Shown one piece after another: positions 40,130 through 49,405 of a DNA stretch of 64,000 nt. Below the pieces are notes generated by a model. The model made no database searches. It was not told the origin of the DNA and saw only the letters and a program-made list of their open reading frames with translations. Where the stretch lies: positions 14,036 to 78,035 of the forward strand of contig JBCCBW010000019.1 of assembly GCA_039033835.1 (NCBI GenBank), in the 5' to 3' direction. Each line of letters starts with the position of its first letter. The first letter of the stretch is position 1. The stretch comes from Pseudomonadota bacterium. GTDB lineage: Bacteria; Pseudomonadota; Alphaproteobacteria; Sphingomonadales; Sphingomonadaceae. The position numbers and the translations under genes are program-made.

Positions 40130-42280
40130 ATGGGTGTCGAAACGCACAAGACCTTCTGCCGCTTTTGTCATGCGAATTGCGCGATGGAAGTCGATGTCGA
40201 GGCCACACCAACAGGGCGCAAAGTGCTCGAAGTGCGCGGCGATCCAGGCGATCCGGCATTCGGCGGTTACACCTGCCTGAAGGGGCGCGAACTGCCGGAT
40301 TCGCACAATGCAGAGCACCGGCTGCATCACTCGCTGGTGCGCGATGCCGATGGCGAGTTTCAGGAAACCAAGATGCCCGATGCGCTTGCGCATGTCGCCG
40401 GAGAAATCCGCCGCATCATCGATGAGCATGGCCCCAATTCCGTGGCAGTGTTCATGGGGTCGGGCGGCTATCAGAACAGCGCCGCCATGGCCGCTTCGCT
40501 GAGCTTTGCGCAGGCCATTGGAACACGCAATTTCTACACCTCGGTAACGCTCGATCAGCCCGCCAAGGTGTTCACCACCGCGCGCTACGGCAAGTGGATG
40601 GGCGGGATGAACACGTTCTCCGAAAGCGACGTGTCTCTTCTGATCGGCAACAATCCGATTGTCTCGCATTACTCACCGCCGGGAGGAGTACCGCCCTTCA
40701 GCCCTTCGCGCCGCATCCGCGATGCGAAGGAGCGCGGCATGAAAGTGATCGTCGCCGATCCCCGCGAAAGCGACGTGGCGCGGCTCGCGGATATCTACTT
40801 GCCGGTAAAGCCGGGCGAAGACCCCGCGCTGCTCGCAGGAATGCTCAACGTGATCATCTCCGAGGAGCTTTACGACCGCAATTTCGTTGCAGCCCATGTC
40901 GACGGGTTCGAGGAATTGGCCGAAGCGGTAAAGTCGTTCACGCCCGATGTCGCCGCCGACCGCGCTGGAGTTGATGCCGACCAGTTGGTCGCAGCCGCAC
41001 GCATGTTTGCGGGCGGCTCAAAAGGCTGCGCGGTCACCGGAACCGGGCCGGAAATGGCGGGAAACGGAACGCTGACCGAATATCTCGTCACCTGCCTCAA
41101 CACGGTGTGTGCCCGGTTCAAGCAGGAGGGCGAAAAGGCCGCGATCCCCGGCGTCTTTACCAATATCAACGGCCCTCGCCGCGCTCAGGTCGGCCCGCCG
41201 GTGCCGATGTTCGGCGCAGACGGCATGGCCAAATCGCGCTTTCGCGGGCTGGGCCAGCTCGGCTTTGAAATGCCCTGCAATGTACTCGCCGATGAAATCC
41301 TCACACCCGGCGATGGTCAGGTGCGGGTGCTGATCTCGGTCGGCGGCAACCCGGTGGTGGGCTTTCCCGATCAGGCGAAGATGACCCGCGCGCTCGATCA
41401 TCTGGAAATGTTTGTGCAAATCGACCCGTGGATGAGCGCCAGCGCCAGGCGCGCCGATGTCGTCCTCGCACCGTCGCAGTGCCTTGAACGCGAAGACATC
41501 ACCAACCTTTCCGAATGGTGGCACGAGGAAGCCTATGCTCGTTATGTCGAGGCTATCGCGACCCCGCCGGGCGACGTGATCGACGAATATGAGATGTTCT
41601 GGACTCTCGCGCATCATCTCGGCGTGACGATGGAACTCGCAGGCGGCCCGCTGCCGATGGACGAGAAACCATCGAAAGAGACATTCCTCGATCTAATGAC
41701 GGCCGGATGCATCGTCCCGCCGAGTCAGGTACGCAAGGACGCTCGGAAAGCGGGCGGTGCAGCTGTGGTCTATGAGGACAAGCACCCAATTGTCGGACCG
41801 GTCGAGGAAGGCGAGTTCCACCGCTTCGGCCTTGATGTCGGCGACATGCCGGGTGAGTTGAAACGCTATGCGAGCAATCCGCCCGCGCGCGCAGGCTATG
41901 AGTTCAAACTGATCAGTCGCCGCTCCAAAACGCGGTTCAACTCGATCGGTCACCCGCTCAAGAAGCTGCAGGAAAAGACCACCACCAACCCAGCCTATAT
42001 CCACCCTGATGACATCGCGCAGCTGGGTCTGGAAGAGGGCGGGATCGTCGAAATTACATCGCCGCATGCGACCATTCACGGTGTTGTGAAAGCCAGTGAC
42101 AAGGTGCGGCGCGGGCTCGTCTCGATGGCGCATGCCTATGGCGATGCCGATGCCTCGAAAGAGGATGTGCGGGAGCGCGGTTCCTCGACCAACCGGCTGA
42201 CCAGCGAAGTGGTCGATTTCGATCCGATCACGGGGCAGAGCCTGCAAAGCGCGATCCCAGTGAAGCTGGTGGCAGCCTAG
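40130..42280 (+). CDS. molybdopterin (bis-MGD/DMSO reductase family) oxidoreductase, single subunit
   Basis: N-terminal CRFCHANC...C [4Fe-4S] motif, GNNP, ADPR, GGNP, C-terminal molybdopterin-binding domain (AYIHPDD); no Tat signal. Confidence 0.92.
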   Translation: MGVETHKTFCRFCHANCAMEVDVEATPTGRKVLEVRGDPGDPAFGGYTCLKGRELPDSHNAEHRLHHSLVRDADGEFQETKMPDALAHVAGEIRRIIDEHGPNSVAVFMGSGGYQNSAAMAASLSFAQAIGTRNFYTSVTLDQPAKVFTTARYGKWMGGMNTFSESDVSLLIGNNPIVSHYSPPGGVPPFSPSRRIRDAKERGMKVIVADPRESDVARLADIYLPVKPGEDPALLAGMLNVIISEELYDRNFVAAHVDGFEELAEAVKSFTPDVAADRAGVDADQLVAAARMFAGGSKGCAVTGTGPEMAGNGTLTEYLVTCLNTVCARFKQEGEKAAIPGVFTNINGPRRAQVGPPVPMFGADGMAKSRFRGLGQLGFEMPCNVLADEILTPGDGQVRVLISVGGNPVVGFPDQAKMTRALDHLEMFVQIDPWMSASARRADVVLAPSQCLEREDITNLSEWWHEEAYARYVEAIATPPGDVIDEYEMFWTLAHHLGVTMELAGGPLPMDEKPSKETFLDLMTAGCIVPPSQVRKDARKAGGAAVVYEDKHPIVGPVEEGEFHRFGLDVGDMPGELKRYASNPPARAGYEFKLISRRSKTRFNSIGHPLKKLQEKTTTNPAYIHPDDIAQLGLEEGGIVEITSPHATIHGVVKASDKVRRGLVSMAHAYGDADASKEDVRERGSSTNRLTSEVVDFDPITGQSLQSAIPVKLVAA

Positions 42281-42295
42281 CCAAATACGCTTGGG

Positions 42296-42375
42296 CTGAG
42301 CTGGTCGAAGCCCTGTACTTCACCTTTTCCATCTTCAAAAAAAGAACAGCCCTTCGACAAGCTCAGGGCGAACGG
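42296..42375. repeat. inverted REP-like doublet
   Basis: CTGAGCTGGTCGAAG (42296-42310) and CTTCGACAAGCTCAG (42352-42366) are reverse complements with 1 mismatch. Confidence 0.7.
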
Positions 42376-42392
42376 AATGGAGTAATCAGAAT

Positions 42393-43406
42393 ATGCCTGC
42401 CAATCGCCGCTTCCTCCTTCAGCGTCGCCCTGATGGCGAGCCTGTTCCCGAAGACTTCGAGCTGGTTACCGAGCCGACGCCGGATTTGGCCGAGGGGCAA
42501 TTCCTGATCCGCAACCATTACGCCTCGCTCGACCCGGCGATGCGCGGGTGGATGGATGCGGGCGGTAACTACATGCCGCCGGTGCCGCTGGGCACTTCGA
42601 TGCGAGCGAGCACCATTGGCGTGGTCGAGGAAAGCCGGGCCGAAGGTTTCGAAAAGGACCAGTGGGTGATGGGCCTGAACGCGCTCGAAGATTATTCGAT
42701 CAGCGAACAGGGCGGCTTCACCCAGCCGATCGACCCTAGTCTCGTTCCGAGTGTGACTAATTATCTCTCGATCTTTGGCGCGGTCGGGATGACGGCCTAT
42801 TTCGGGTTTCTAGAAGTCTGCGAGCCCAAGGAAGGTGAGACCGTGCTCGTCACAGGCGCAGCGGGAGCGGTTGGCAGTCTTGTCGGCCAACTCGCCAAGA
42901 TCCATGGCTGCCGCGCGGTCGGTATTGCTGGCGGCCCGGAAAAGTGCGCGAAACTGACCGAAAAATACGGTTTCGACGCCGCTATCGACTACAAAGGCAA
43001 GGACGAAGCCGCACTCACCGCTGCCATCGCCGAAGCTGCTCCCAATGGCATCGACGTGATTTTCGAGAATGTCGGGGGTGAAATCCTCGATGCAGGATTG
43101 ATGAACCTCAACCTCTACGCCCGCGTTGGCCTGTGCGGGCTGATCAGCGAATACAACACGCCCCCGCGCGGCGCGCGCAATCTTTGGAACCTTATCGTCA
43201 CGCGATCCTCGATACGCGGTCTGCTGGTCATGGACTATGTCGAGCGCTTCCCTGAAGGCGCAGCGAAGATGGGCGAATGGGCCGCCGCCGGTAAGCTCGC
43301 GAGCGAAGAGCATATCGACGAAGGTTTGGAGAACGCCTTCGACAGCTTCATGCGGCTTTTCGCGGGATCGAATCAGGGCAAGATGATTCTCAAGATCGCG
43401 ACCTGA
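42393..43406 (+). CDS. NADP-dependent oxidoreductase (MDR, PTGR-like) (3)
   Basis: NRRFLLQRRPDG, SLDPAMRGWM, VTGAAGAVG, ENVGG, NQGKMIL. Confidence 0.93.
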   Translation: MPANRRFLLQRRPDGEPVPEDFELVTEPTPDLAEGQFLIRNHYASLDPAMRGWMDAGGNYMPPVPLGTSMRASTIGVVEESRAEGFEKDQWVMGLNALEDYSISEQGGFTQPIDPSLVPSVTNYLSIFGAVGMTAYFGFLEVCEPKEGETVLVTGAAGAVGSLVGQLAKIHGCRAVGIAGGPEKCAKLTEKYGFDAAIDYKGKDEAALTAAIAEAAPNGIDVIFENVGGEILDAGLMNLNLYARVGLCGLISEYNTPPRGARNLWNLIVTRSSIRGLLVMDYVERFPEGAAKMGEWAAAGKLASEEHIDEGLENAFDSFMRLFAGSNQGKMILKIAT

Positions 43407-43407
43407 A

Positions 43408-44184
43408 ATGGCGCGCGATCTGCTCGTCCTGTCCGGCGGTCACCATTATGAGCGCGAACCCTTCGCCGAATTGCTCGGCAGTCTCGGCGAGTGGGACATC
43501 ACGCATCTCATGCACCCGGAAGCCGAAGAGGCAGTCGCCAATGGCCGCGCCTTGGAGGCGGACGCGGTGCTATTCTATGACATGGGCGGCTACACCTTTG
43601 CAGACGATTGGGTGACCTCGCGCCCGCCATCGCAAGCGTTTCGCCGGGCGATAGTTGAGCGGTTCGAAGGCGGTCGCGGCGCGGTTGCAATGCATCATGC
43701 GCTGGCCGGATGGGCGGACTGGCCCAAATGGCACGAAATGCTGGGCGGTCGGTTCCTCTACACACCGGGCGAAGTGCGCGGGAAGACTACGCTCGATTCC
43801 GGTTACCGCCACGATGTCGATTACGCCGCGCAGGCGGTGGCGGATCATCCGGTGACCGCCGGATTGCCGAAGGAATTCCGCGTCGTCGACGAACTCTATC
43901 TCGCCGAGATTTTCGAAGACGATGTCACGCCATTGGTGCGGTCGGATTACACCTTTACCCGCGACAATTTCTATTCCGCCGCTCTGGGTATTTCGGGGAC
44001 GCTGTATTCGAACGAGGGCTGGGAGCACCCGCCCGGCAGCAACCTGGTCGCATGGCACAAACGGGTTGGAAACGCGCCATTGGTTTACCTTCAATTCGGC
44101 GACGCACCTCAGACCTACGCCAATCCAAATGTACGACAGATGCTGACCAATGCGCTTGAATTCATCGCAGGAGAGACGCCATGA
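43408..44184 (+). CDS. ThuA-like domain protein (1)
   Basis: LLVLSGGHHYE, GAVAMHHA, HPVTAGLPKEFRVVDELY, VYLQFGD. Confidence 0.78.
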   Translation: MARDLLVLSGGHHYEREPFAELLGSLGEWDITHLMHPEAEEAVANGRALEADAVLFYDMGGYTFADDWVTSRPPSQAFRRAIVERFEGGRGAVAMHHALAGWADWPKWHEMLGGRFLYTPGEVRGKTTLDSGYRHDVDYAAQAVADHPVTAGLPKEFRVVDELYLAEIFEDDVTPLVRSDYTFTRDNFYSAALGISGTLYSNEGWEHPPGSNLVAWHKRVGNAPLVYLQFGDAPQTYANPNVRQMLTNALEFIAGETP

Positions 44185-44561
44185 CCCCGACCGAAACGAT
44201 CGAAGCCTTCATCGCCGCCTGGGACGAATACGATCTGGAAAAGATCTACTCTTTCATGGCCAACGATATTGAGTGGTCCGACATGCCGCTGTCCACCGTT
44301 AACGGGATCGATCAGGTCCGCGCCAAGATGGATATGTTTCCCGGCGTCGAGGCATGCGGATTCGATACGCATCACATCGCCGCCAATGGCAATGTCGTCC
44401 TGACCGAGCGCACCGACTGGTTCGAGATGAAGGGCCGCAAGCGGGTGATCAAGGTGATGGGCGTGTTCGAACTGAACGATGACGGCAAAATCGCCAAATG
44501 GCGCGATTACTTCGACAGCGCCGAGTTTGTGCGTGAGTTTGGCGATCTCGCCGACGGCTGA
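44181..44561 (+). CDS. limonene-1,2-epoxide hydrolase family (NTF2 fold) (2)
   Basis: VLTERTD and KWRDYFD motifs intact. Confidence 0.88.
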   Translation: MTPTETIEAFIAAWDEYDLEKIYSFMANDIEWSDMPLSTVNGIDQVRAKMDMFPGVEACGFDTHHIAANGNVVLTERTDWFEMKGRKRVIKVMGVFELNDDGKIAKWRDYFDSAEFVREFGDLADG

Positions 44562-44663
44562 GACACCAAAAACCGCGTCCATCCTAACACATTCGCGCAT
44601 CGCATCGCCCCGGCGCATGTGGCTAGGCTTGCAACCTACTTCGCTGGGATGAGAGCCGCCGTC

Positions 44664-45917
44664 ATGAACAAGCCAGAAGCCATCAAAGACGCGAACGTCT
44701 TCGCGCCCGAAACGCTGATCGACCCGTTCGACTATTACCGCGCGATCCATGACGCGGGGATCACGATCGAGCACTTGCCGGAGATGAACACCTACGTCGT
44801 CTACAGCTATGATCTGTGCAACGAGGCGAACACCAAGCCCGAGGTCTTCTCAAACGATTTCAGCGTTCTTATGGGGCGTGAGGAAGACGAAGAGATCAAC
44901 GCGATCCTCGCCGGAGGCTGGCCGGACGAGCCCACTTTGCTGACCGCCGATGCCCCGGTTCACACCCGCAATCGCAAGCTTGTAAACCTCGCTTTCTCGG
45001 CACCGCGCGTGAACGCGATCGAAGATACGATGCGCGAAAAGTCCATCAACCTGATCGAGGCGTTCGCAGATAAAGGCGAATGCGAGTTCGTCGAAGAATT
45101 CGCGATCCCGCTGCCGGTGTTCATGATCGCCGGACAGATCGGGCTCGATAACGACCCGAAAAAGGTGAAAGAATGGTCCGACGCCGCCGTCGACCGTTTC
45201 AGCCAGATGGTCGATCACGAGCGCAAGAAGGAATGCGCGCGCGCGCTGGTCGAATATCAGCATTACATGAAGGGCAAGATCGACGATCGCCGCGCCAATG
45301 GCGGCGACGACCTGCTGGCCGATCTGGTCGAGGCGCGGGTCGAAGGCGAAGAGCCACTGACCGATCCGCAGATCATGTCGATCATGCAGCAATTCATGGT
45401 CGCCGGAAACGAGACGACAACCTCAACGCTCGCAGGCGGTCTGCTCCAACTGATCCGCAATCCCGAGCAGATGGAGAAGGCGAAAGCTGCGGCAGGCGGG
45501 CGCGATCCCAAGCTGATCGGCAACCTTGTCGAGGAATCGCTGCGGTACGAGACACCGACAGCGGGCATGTGGCGGATCGTAAAGCAGGACACCGAGCTTG
45601 GTGGTCAGGCGATCCCGGCAGGCGCAGTGGTGCAGCTGCGGTATGCTGCGGCCAATCGCGATCCGAAGAAGTTCGAAAACCCGGACAAATTCGACATCGA
45701 ACGCAAGAATGCGCGCGCGCATCAGGCCTTTGGCAAGGGGCCGCATATGTGCGTGGGCAATATGCTGAGCCGCAAGGAAATGCTGGTCGCGTTTGATGAG
45801 CTGCTGGAGCGGCTCGACGATTTCGCGGTCGCCGATGAGGACGGGATCACGATCCTGCCTAACATCCTGCTGCGCGGGGTGACGCGCCTGCCGATTACAT
45901 TTTCGAAGAAGGCCTGA
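44664..45917 (+). CDS. cytochrome P450 (2)
   Basis: AGNETTT, EESLR, FGKGPHMCVG; start uncertain (44619/44649/44664). Confidence 0.97.
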   Translation: MNKPEAIKDANVFAPETLIDPFDYYRAIHDAGITIEHLPEMNTYVVYSYDLCNEANTKPEVFSNDFSVLMGREEDEEINAILAGGWPDEPTLLTADAPVHTRNRKLVNLAFSAPRVNAIEDTMREKSINLIEAFADKGECEFVEEFAIPLPVFMIAGQIGLDNDPKKVKEWSDAAVDRFSQMVDHERKKECARALVEYQHYMKGKIDDRRANGGDDLLADLVEARVEGEEPLTDPQIMSIMQQFMVAGNETTTSTLAGGLLQLIRNPEQMEKAKAAAGGRDPKLIGNLVEESLRYETPTAGMWRIVKQDTELGGQAIPAGAVVQLRYAAANRDPKKFENPDKFDIERKNARAHQAFGKGPHMCVGNMLSRKEMLVAFDELLERLDDFAVADEDGITILPNILLRGVTRLPITFSKKA

Positions 45918-45923
45918 GCGCAC

Positions 45924-47027
45924 GTGAATTTCGACCTATCCGAAGAGCAGGAGCTGTTCCGCAGCTCGGTGGAGCGCTTTTCCGCACCGATCAATGTCGA
46001 GGCACGGCGCAAGCTGCGATTGTCCGAGACAGGATATGATCGCGAGCGCTGGCAGGAGCTGGCCGAGCTCGGCCTGATCGCACTGGCGGCACCTGAAGAG
46101 GCGGGCGGCATGGGCGGCTCTGCGGTGGATCTGGCGTTGGTGGCGGAGGCCATAGGGCACGCGAACTCCCCCGATCCGTGGCTGGAGCACGGCGTGCTGC
46201 CAGCGCTCCTGCTGGCGCAGGGCGGCGCAGAAGGCGCGCTTGAGAAGATGCTGAGCGGAGAGCAGATCGCAAGCTTTGCGTGGACCGAGCGGGCGCAGCG
46301 TTACAACCTGACCGCCAGCCATATGAAGGCCGAGGCAAACGGTGATGGGTTCGCACTGACGGGCGAGAAGACGTTCGTAATGGGCGCGCTGCTAGCGGAC
46401 CTATTCGTCGTTACCGCCGATCTGGAAGGCGAGACCACCTGTTTTCTGGTGCCGCGCGACACACCTGGCCTCGAAGTGAGAGCCTATCGTCTGACTGATG
46501 GAAGCATTGCTGGTGAGCTGAAACTCACGCGAGTTGGCGTATCCGCTGCGGCGAAGCTGACGCTCGACCCGCACGCTCTCGCCGCTATCGTCGGCAAAAT
46601 ACGCCTCTACGCAGCTGCAGAGATGGTCGGTCTGGGCCAGCGGCTGCTCGACGATACTCTCGCATATGTCAAAGAGCGCGAGCAATTCGGCGTCGCGATT
46701 GGCTCGTTTCAGGCTCTGCAACACCGGCTGGTTGAAGCCTATGCGAAGATCGAACAGTCGCGCTCCATGCTCTATCGGGCGGCACTGACCGACCGTTCGG
46801 ACAGCGCTGCATGGCAACGTGCTGCTGCCGGAGCCAAAGCATTTATCGGCGAGAATATCGACGCGGTCGCACGTGAGGCGGTGCAGATGCATGGCGGCAT
46901 GGGGATCACCGATGAACTGGCCATTGGCCACGCGATGAAGCGCGTCATGGTGCTCGCAAGACTGTTTGGCGACACCGACACTTTGTTGGCGGAATATGGG
47001 CTCGCCGAAAACACTCTGGCTGCTTGA
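45924..47027 (+). CDS. acyl-CoA dehydrogenase, short (PimD-like) subunit
   Basis: FDLSEEQELFR, REQFGVAIGSFQALQHR, QMHGGMG; 367 aa; GTG start. Confidence 0.88.
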   Translation: MNFDLSEEQELFRSSVERFSAPINVEARRKLRLSETGYDRERWQELAELGLIALAAPEEAGGMGGSAVDLALVAEAIGHANSPDPWLEHGVLPALLLAQGGAEGALEKMLSGEQIASFAWTERAQRYNLTASHMKAEANGDGFALTGEKTFVMGALLADLFVVTADLEGETTCFLVPRDTPGLEVRAYRLTDGSIAGELKLTRVGVSAAAKLTLDPHALAAIVGKIRLYAAAEMVGLGQRLLDDTLAYVKEREQFGVAIGSFQALQHRLVEAYAKIEQSRSMLYRAALTDRSDSAAWQRAAAGAKAFIGENIDAVAREAVQMHGGMGITDELAIGHAMKRVMVLARLFGDTDTLLAEYGLAENTLAA

Positions 47028-47038
47028 GGGGACGCGCA

Positions 47039-47464
47039 ATGGGACAAAAGATCGATCCGGAGCTGTGGAGCGACGATCCGCAACCGCATTTGATGGGCGG
47101 ACGCTTGCCCTCGGGCGAGATCGTCTTCCCGATGCCTCAGGGTGACGCGGCGAGCGATGTGGAGCCCTACAAACTCTCGCGCACCGGAACGCTCTGGTCC
47201 TGGACCACTCAGGGCTTCCTGCCGAAAGAGCCGTATGAAGGCCCCGGCTCCGGTCCCGACGAAGGTCCGCCCGATTTCCAGCCCTTCCTGCTCGGCTATG
47301 TCGAACTGCCCAGCGAAGTGATCGTCGAAGCGCGGATCGTCGATGCGCGGCTGGAAGACTTGCATCTCAATATGCCGGTCGAATTCTGCATTGTGCCGTT
47401 CAACGCCACACACGACACCTACGCCTTCCGCCCGATTACCCAAGCCGAGGAGCAGGCCGCATGA
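47039..47464 (+). CDS. DUF35 OB-fold protein (thiolase partner)
   Basis: LSRTGTLWSWT, GYVELP, MPVEF; ATGA-coupled to the thiolase. Confidence 0.85.
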   Translation: MGQKIDPELWSDDPQPHLMGGRLPSGEIVFPMPQGDAASDVEPYKLSRTGTLWSWTTQGFLPKEPYEGPGSGPDEGPPDFQPFLLGYVELPSEVIVEARIVDARLEDLHLNMPVEFCIVPFNATHDTYAFRPITQAEEQAA

Positions 47465-48621
47465 GCGAGAATGTCTATATCGTCGGCGCGGGCATCCATC
47501 CGTTTGGTCGAACCGAAGGCCGCTCCGGTCGCGAGCAAGGCGTGTTCGCTGTGCGTGAGGCGCTGGCCGATGCCGGTCTGGAATGGTCGGACATGGAATG
47601 CGCCTATGGCGGATCAGCCGCAGCGGGCAACGCAGACATTATGGTCAACGAGCTGGGCCTGACCTCGCTCCCCTTCACCAATGTCGCCAATGGCTGCGCC
47701 ACCGGCGGCAGCGCACTGGTTGCCGCGCAACAGGCTATCGCGAGCGGCATGTATGATCTCGCGCTGGCAGTCGGCTTCGACAAGCATCCGCGCGGCGCGT
47801 TCAACGCCAAGCCATCGGATTACGGGTTGCCCGAATGGTATGGCCAGACCGGCATGATGCTGACGACGCAGTTCTTTGCGCTGAAGATTCAGCGCTACAT
47901 GCAGCTGCACGGAATCAGTCGCGAAACTCTGGGCCGGGTTGCGGAAAAGGCGTTCCGCAATGGCGCCAAGACCCCGCACGCCTGGCGGCGCAGCGAGATC
48001 GACCTTGAGACGATCATGAACGCGCCAATGATCAACGATCCGCTGACCAAGTTCATGTTCTGCGCCCCGGCAGAGGGCGGCGTCGCACTGATCCTCGCCA
48101 GCGAAAAGAAAGCACGAGAGCTTGGGGCGCTGGCAGAGGGCAAAAGCGCAAAAATCGCCAATATCGCAGTGCGCACACGCCCACCAGACAGCTTCGAAGT
48201 GTTTCAGGCGGGCGTCAGCATCAAAGAAGGCGGCAAGCCTACTGTGCTCGCTTCAAAAGCTGCATTCGAAGGAGCCGGGATCGGCCCGGAGGACATCGAC
48301 GTCGCACAATTGCAGGACACTGAAAGCGGCGCTGAAATCATGCACATGGCCGAAAACGGTTTTTGCGCAGATGGCGATCAGGAAAAGTGGCTGGCCGAAG
48401 GCTGGACCGAAACCGATGGCAAGCTGCCGGTCAACACCGATGGCGGTTGCCTGGCCTGCGGTGAACCGATCGGCGCGTCGGGCCTGCGGCAGGTCTACGA
48501 AAACGTTGAACAATTGCGCGGCCGCGCGGGTGAGCGACAAGTCCCTAACACGCCAAAGACCGGATACAGCCACGTCTATGGCGCTCCCGGCCTTTCCGCC
48601 GTGGCGATATTGGAGCGATAA
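47461..48621 (+). CDS. thiolase-family (SCP2/lipid-transfer type) protein with atypical motifs
   Basis: NVANGCATGGSA, VNTDGG; QDTE and GEPIGASG in place of HDCF and GHP. Confidence 0.88.
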   Translation: MSENVYIVGAGIHPFGRTEGRSGREQGVFAVREALADAGLEWSDMECAYGGSAAAGNADIMVNELGLTSLPFTNVANGCATGGSALVAAQQAIASGMYDLALAVGFDKHPRGAFNAKPSDYGLPEWYGQTGMMLTTQFFALKIQRYMQLHGISRETLGRVAEKAFRNGAKTPHAWRRSEIDLETIMNAPMINDPLTKFMFCAPAEGGVALILASEKKARELGALAEGKSAKIANIAVRTRPPDSFEVFQAGVSIKEGGKPTVLASKAAFEGAGIGPEDIDVAQLQDTESGAEIMHMAENGFCADGDQEKWLAEGWTETDGKLPVNTDGGCLACGEPIGASGLRQVYENVEQLRGRAGERQVPNTPKTGYSHVYGAPGLSAVAILER

Positions 48622-48630
48622 TTGGGCAAG

Positions 48631-49404
48631 ATGCCAGGGAAAATGGACTCCAAGGTCGCGCTGGTCACTGGCGGCGCGGAGGGGATCGGAGCCGCGGTCG
48701 GTCGGATGATCGTCGCCGAAGGCGGCAAGGTGCTGCTCTGCGATGTCCAGATCGACAAGGCCCGCGCGCTCGCAGAAGAACTGGGCGAGAATGCCGAAGC
48801 GTTTGAACTGGATGTGCGCGATCTCGATCGCTGGCACGAAGCGGTCAAAGCCGCGCAGGACCATTTGGGCAAGCTGACGGTCCTGTGCAACATCGCCGGT
48901 ATCTCCGAACCGGGCAATGTCGTCGATGTCGATCTCGATAGCTGGCAGCGGACCATCGACATCAACCTCGTCGGACCTTTCTACGGCTGCCGCGCCGCTC
49001 TTCCCGCGATGGAGGCGTCGGGCGAGCCTGCTGCCATCGTCAATATCGGTTCGATGATCGCCATCCGGGCTGCGGCTTTCGTGGCTGCCTACAGCGCTTC
49101 GAAAGCGGGCCTGCTCGGCCTGACCCGTAGCATCGCGCTCGATTGTGCCGAACGTGGCGTGCCGGTGCGGGCGAATATGGTGCATCCCGGTGCGATCCGG
49201 ACACCGATGTACGACCGGTACAAATATTCCGGGATGGCCGAACCTGAAGTGGTCGAAGAACAATTCGCCGCGACCCACCCGATGAACCGCATCGGTGAAC
49301 CCGAAGAAGTGGCCAAGGCGGTCGTCTTCCTCGCCAGCGATGAAGCAAGTTTCACCACCGGCTGCGACTTCACCGTCGATGGCGGCGGGTCGATTAGGAG
49401 CTGA
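48631..49404 (+). CDS. classical SDR
   Basis: TGGAEGIG, NIAG, YSASK; start 48622 or 48631. Confidence 0.92.
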   Translation: MPGKMDSKVALVTGGAEGIGAAVGRMIVAEGGKVLLCDVQIDKARALAEELGENAEAFELDVRDLDRWHEAVKAAQDHLGKLTVLCNIAGISEPGNVVDVDLDSWQRTIDINLVGPFYGCRAALPAMEASGEPAAIVNIGSMIAIRAAAFVAAYSASKAGLLGLTRSIALDCAERGVPVRANMVHPGAIRTPMYDRYKYSGMAEPEVVEEQFAATHPMNRIGEPEEVAKAVVFLASDEASFTTGCDFTVDGGGSIRS

Positions 49405-49405
49405 T

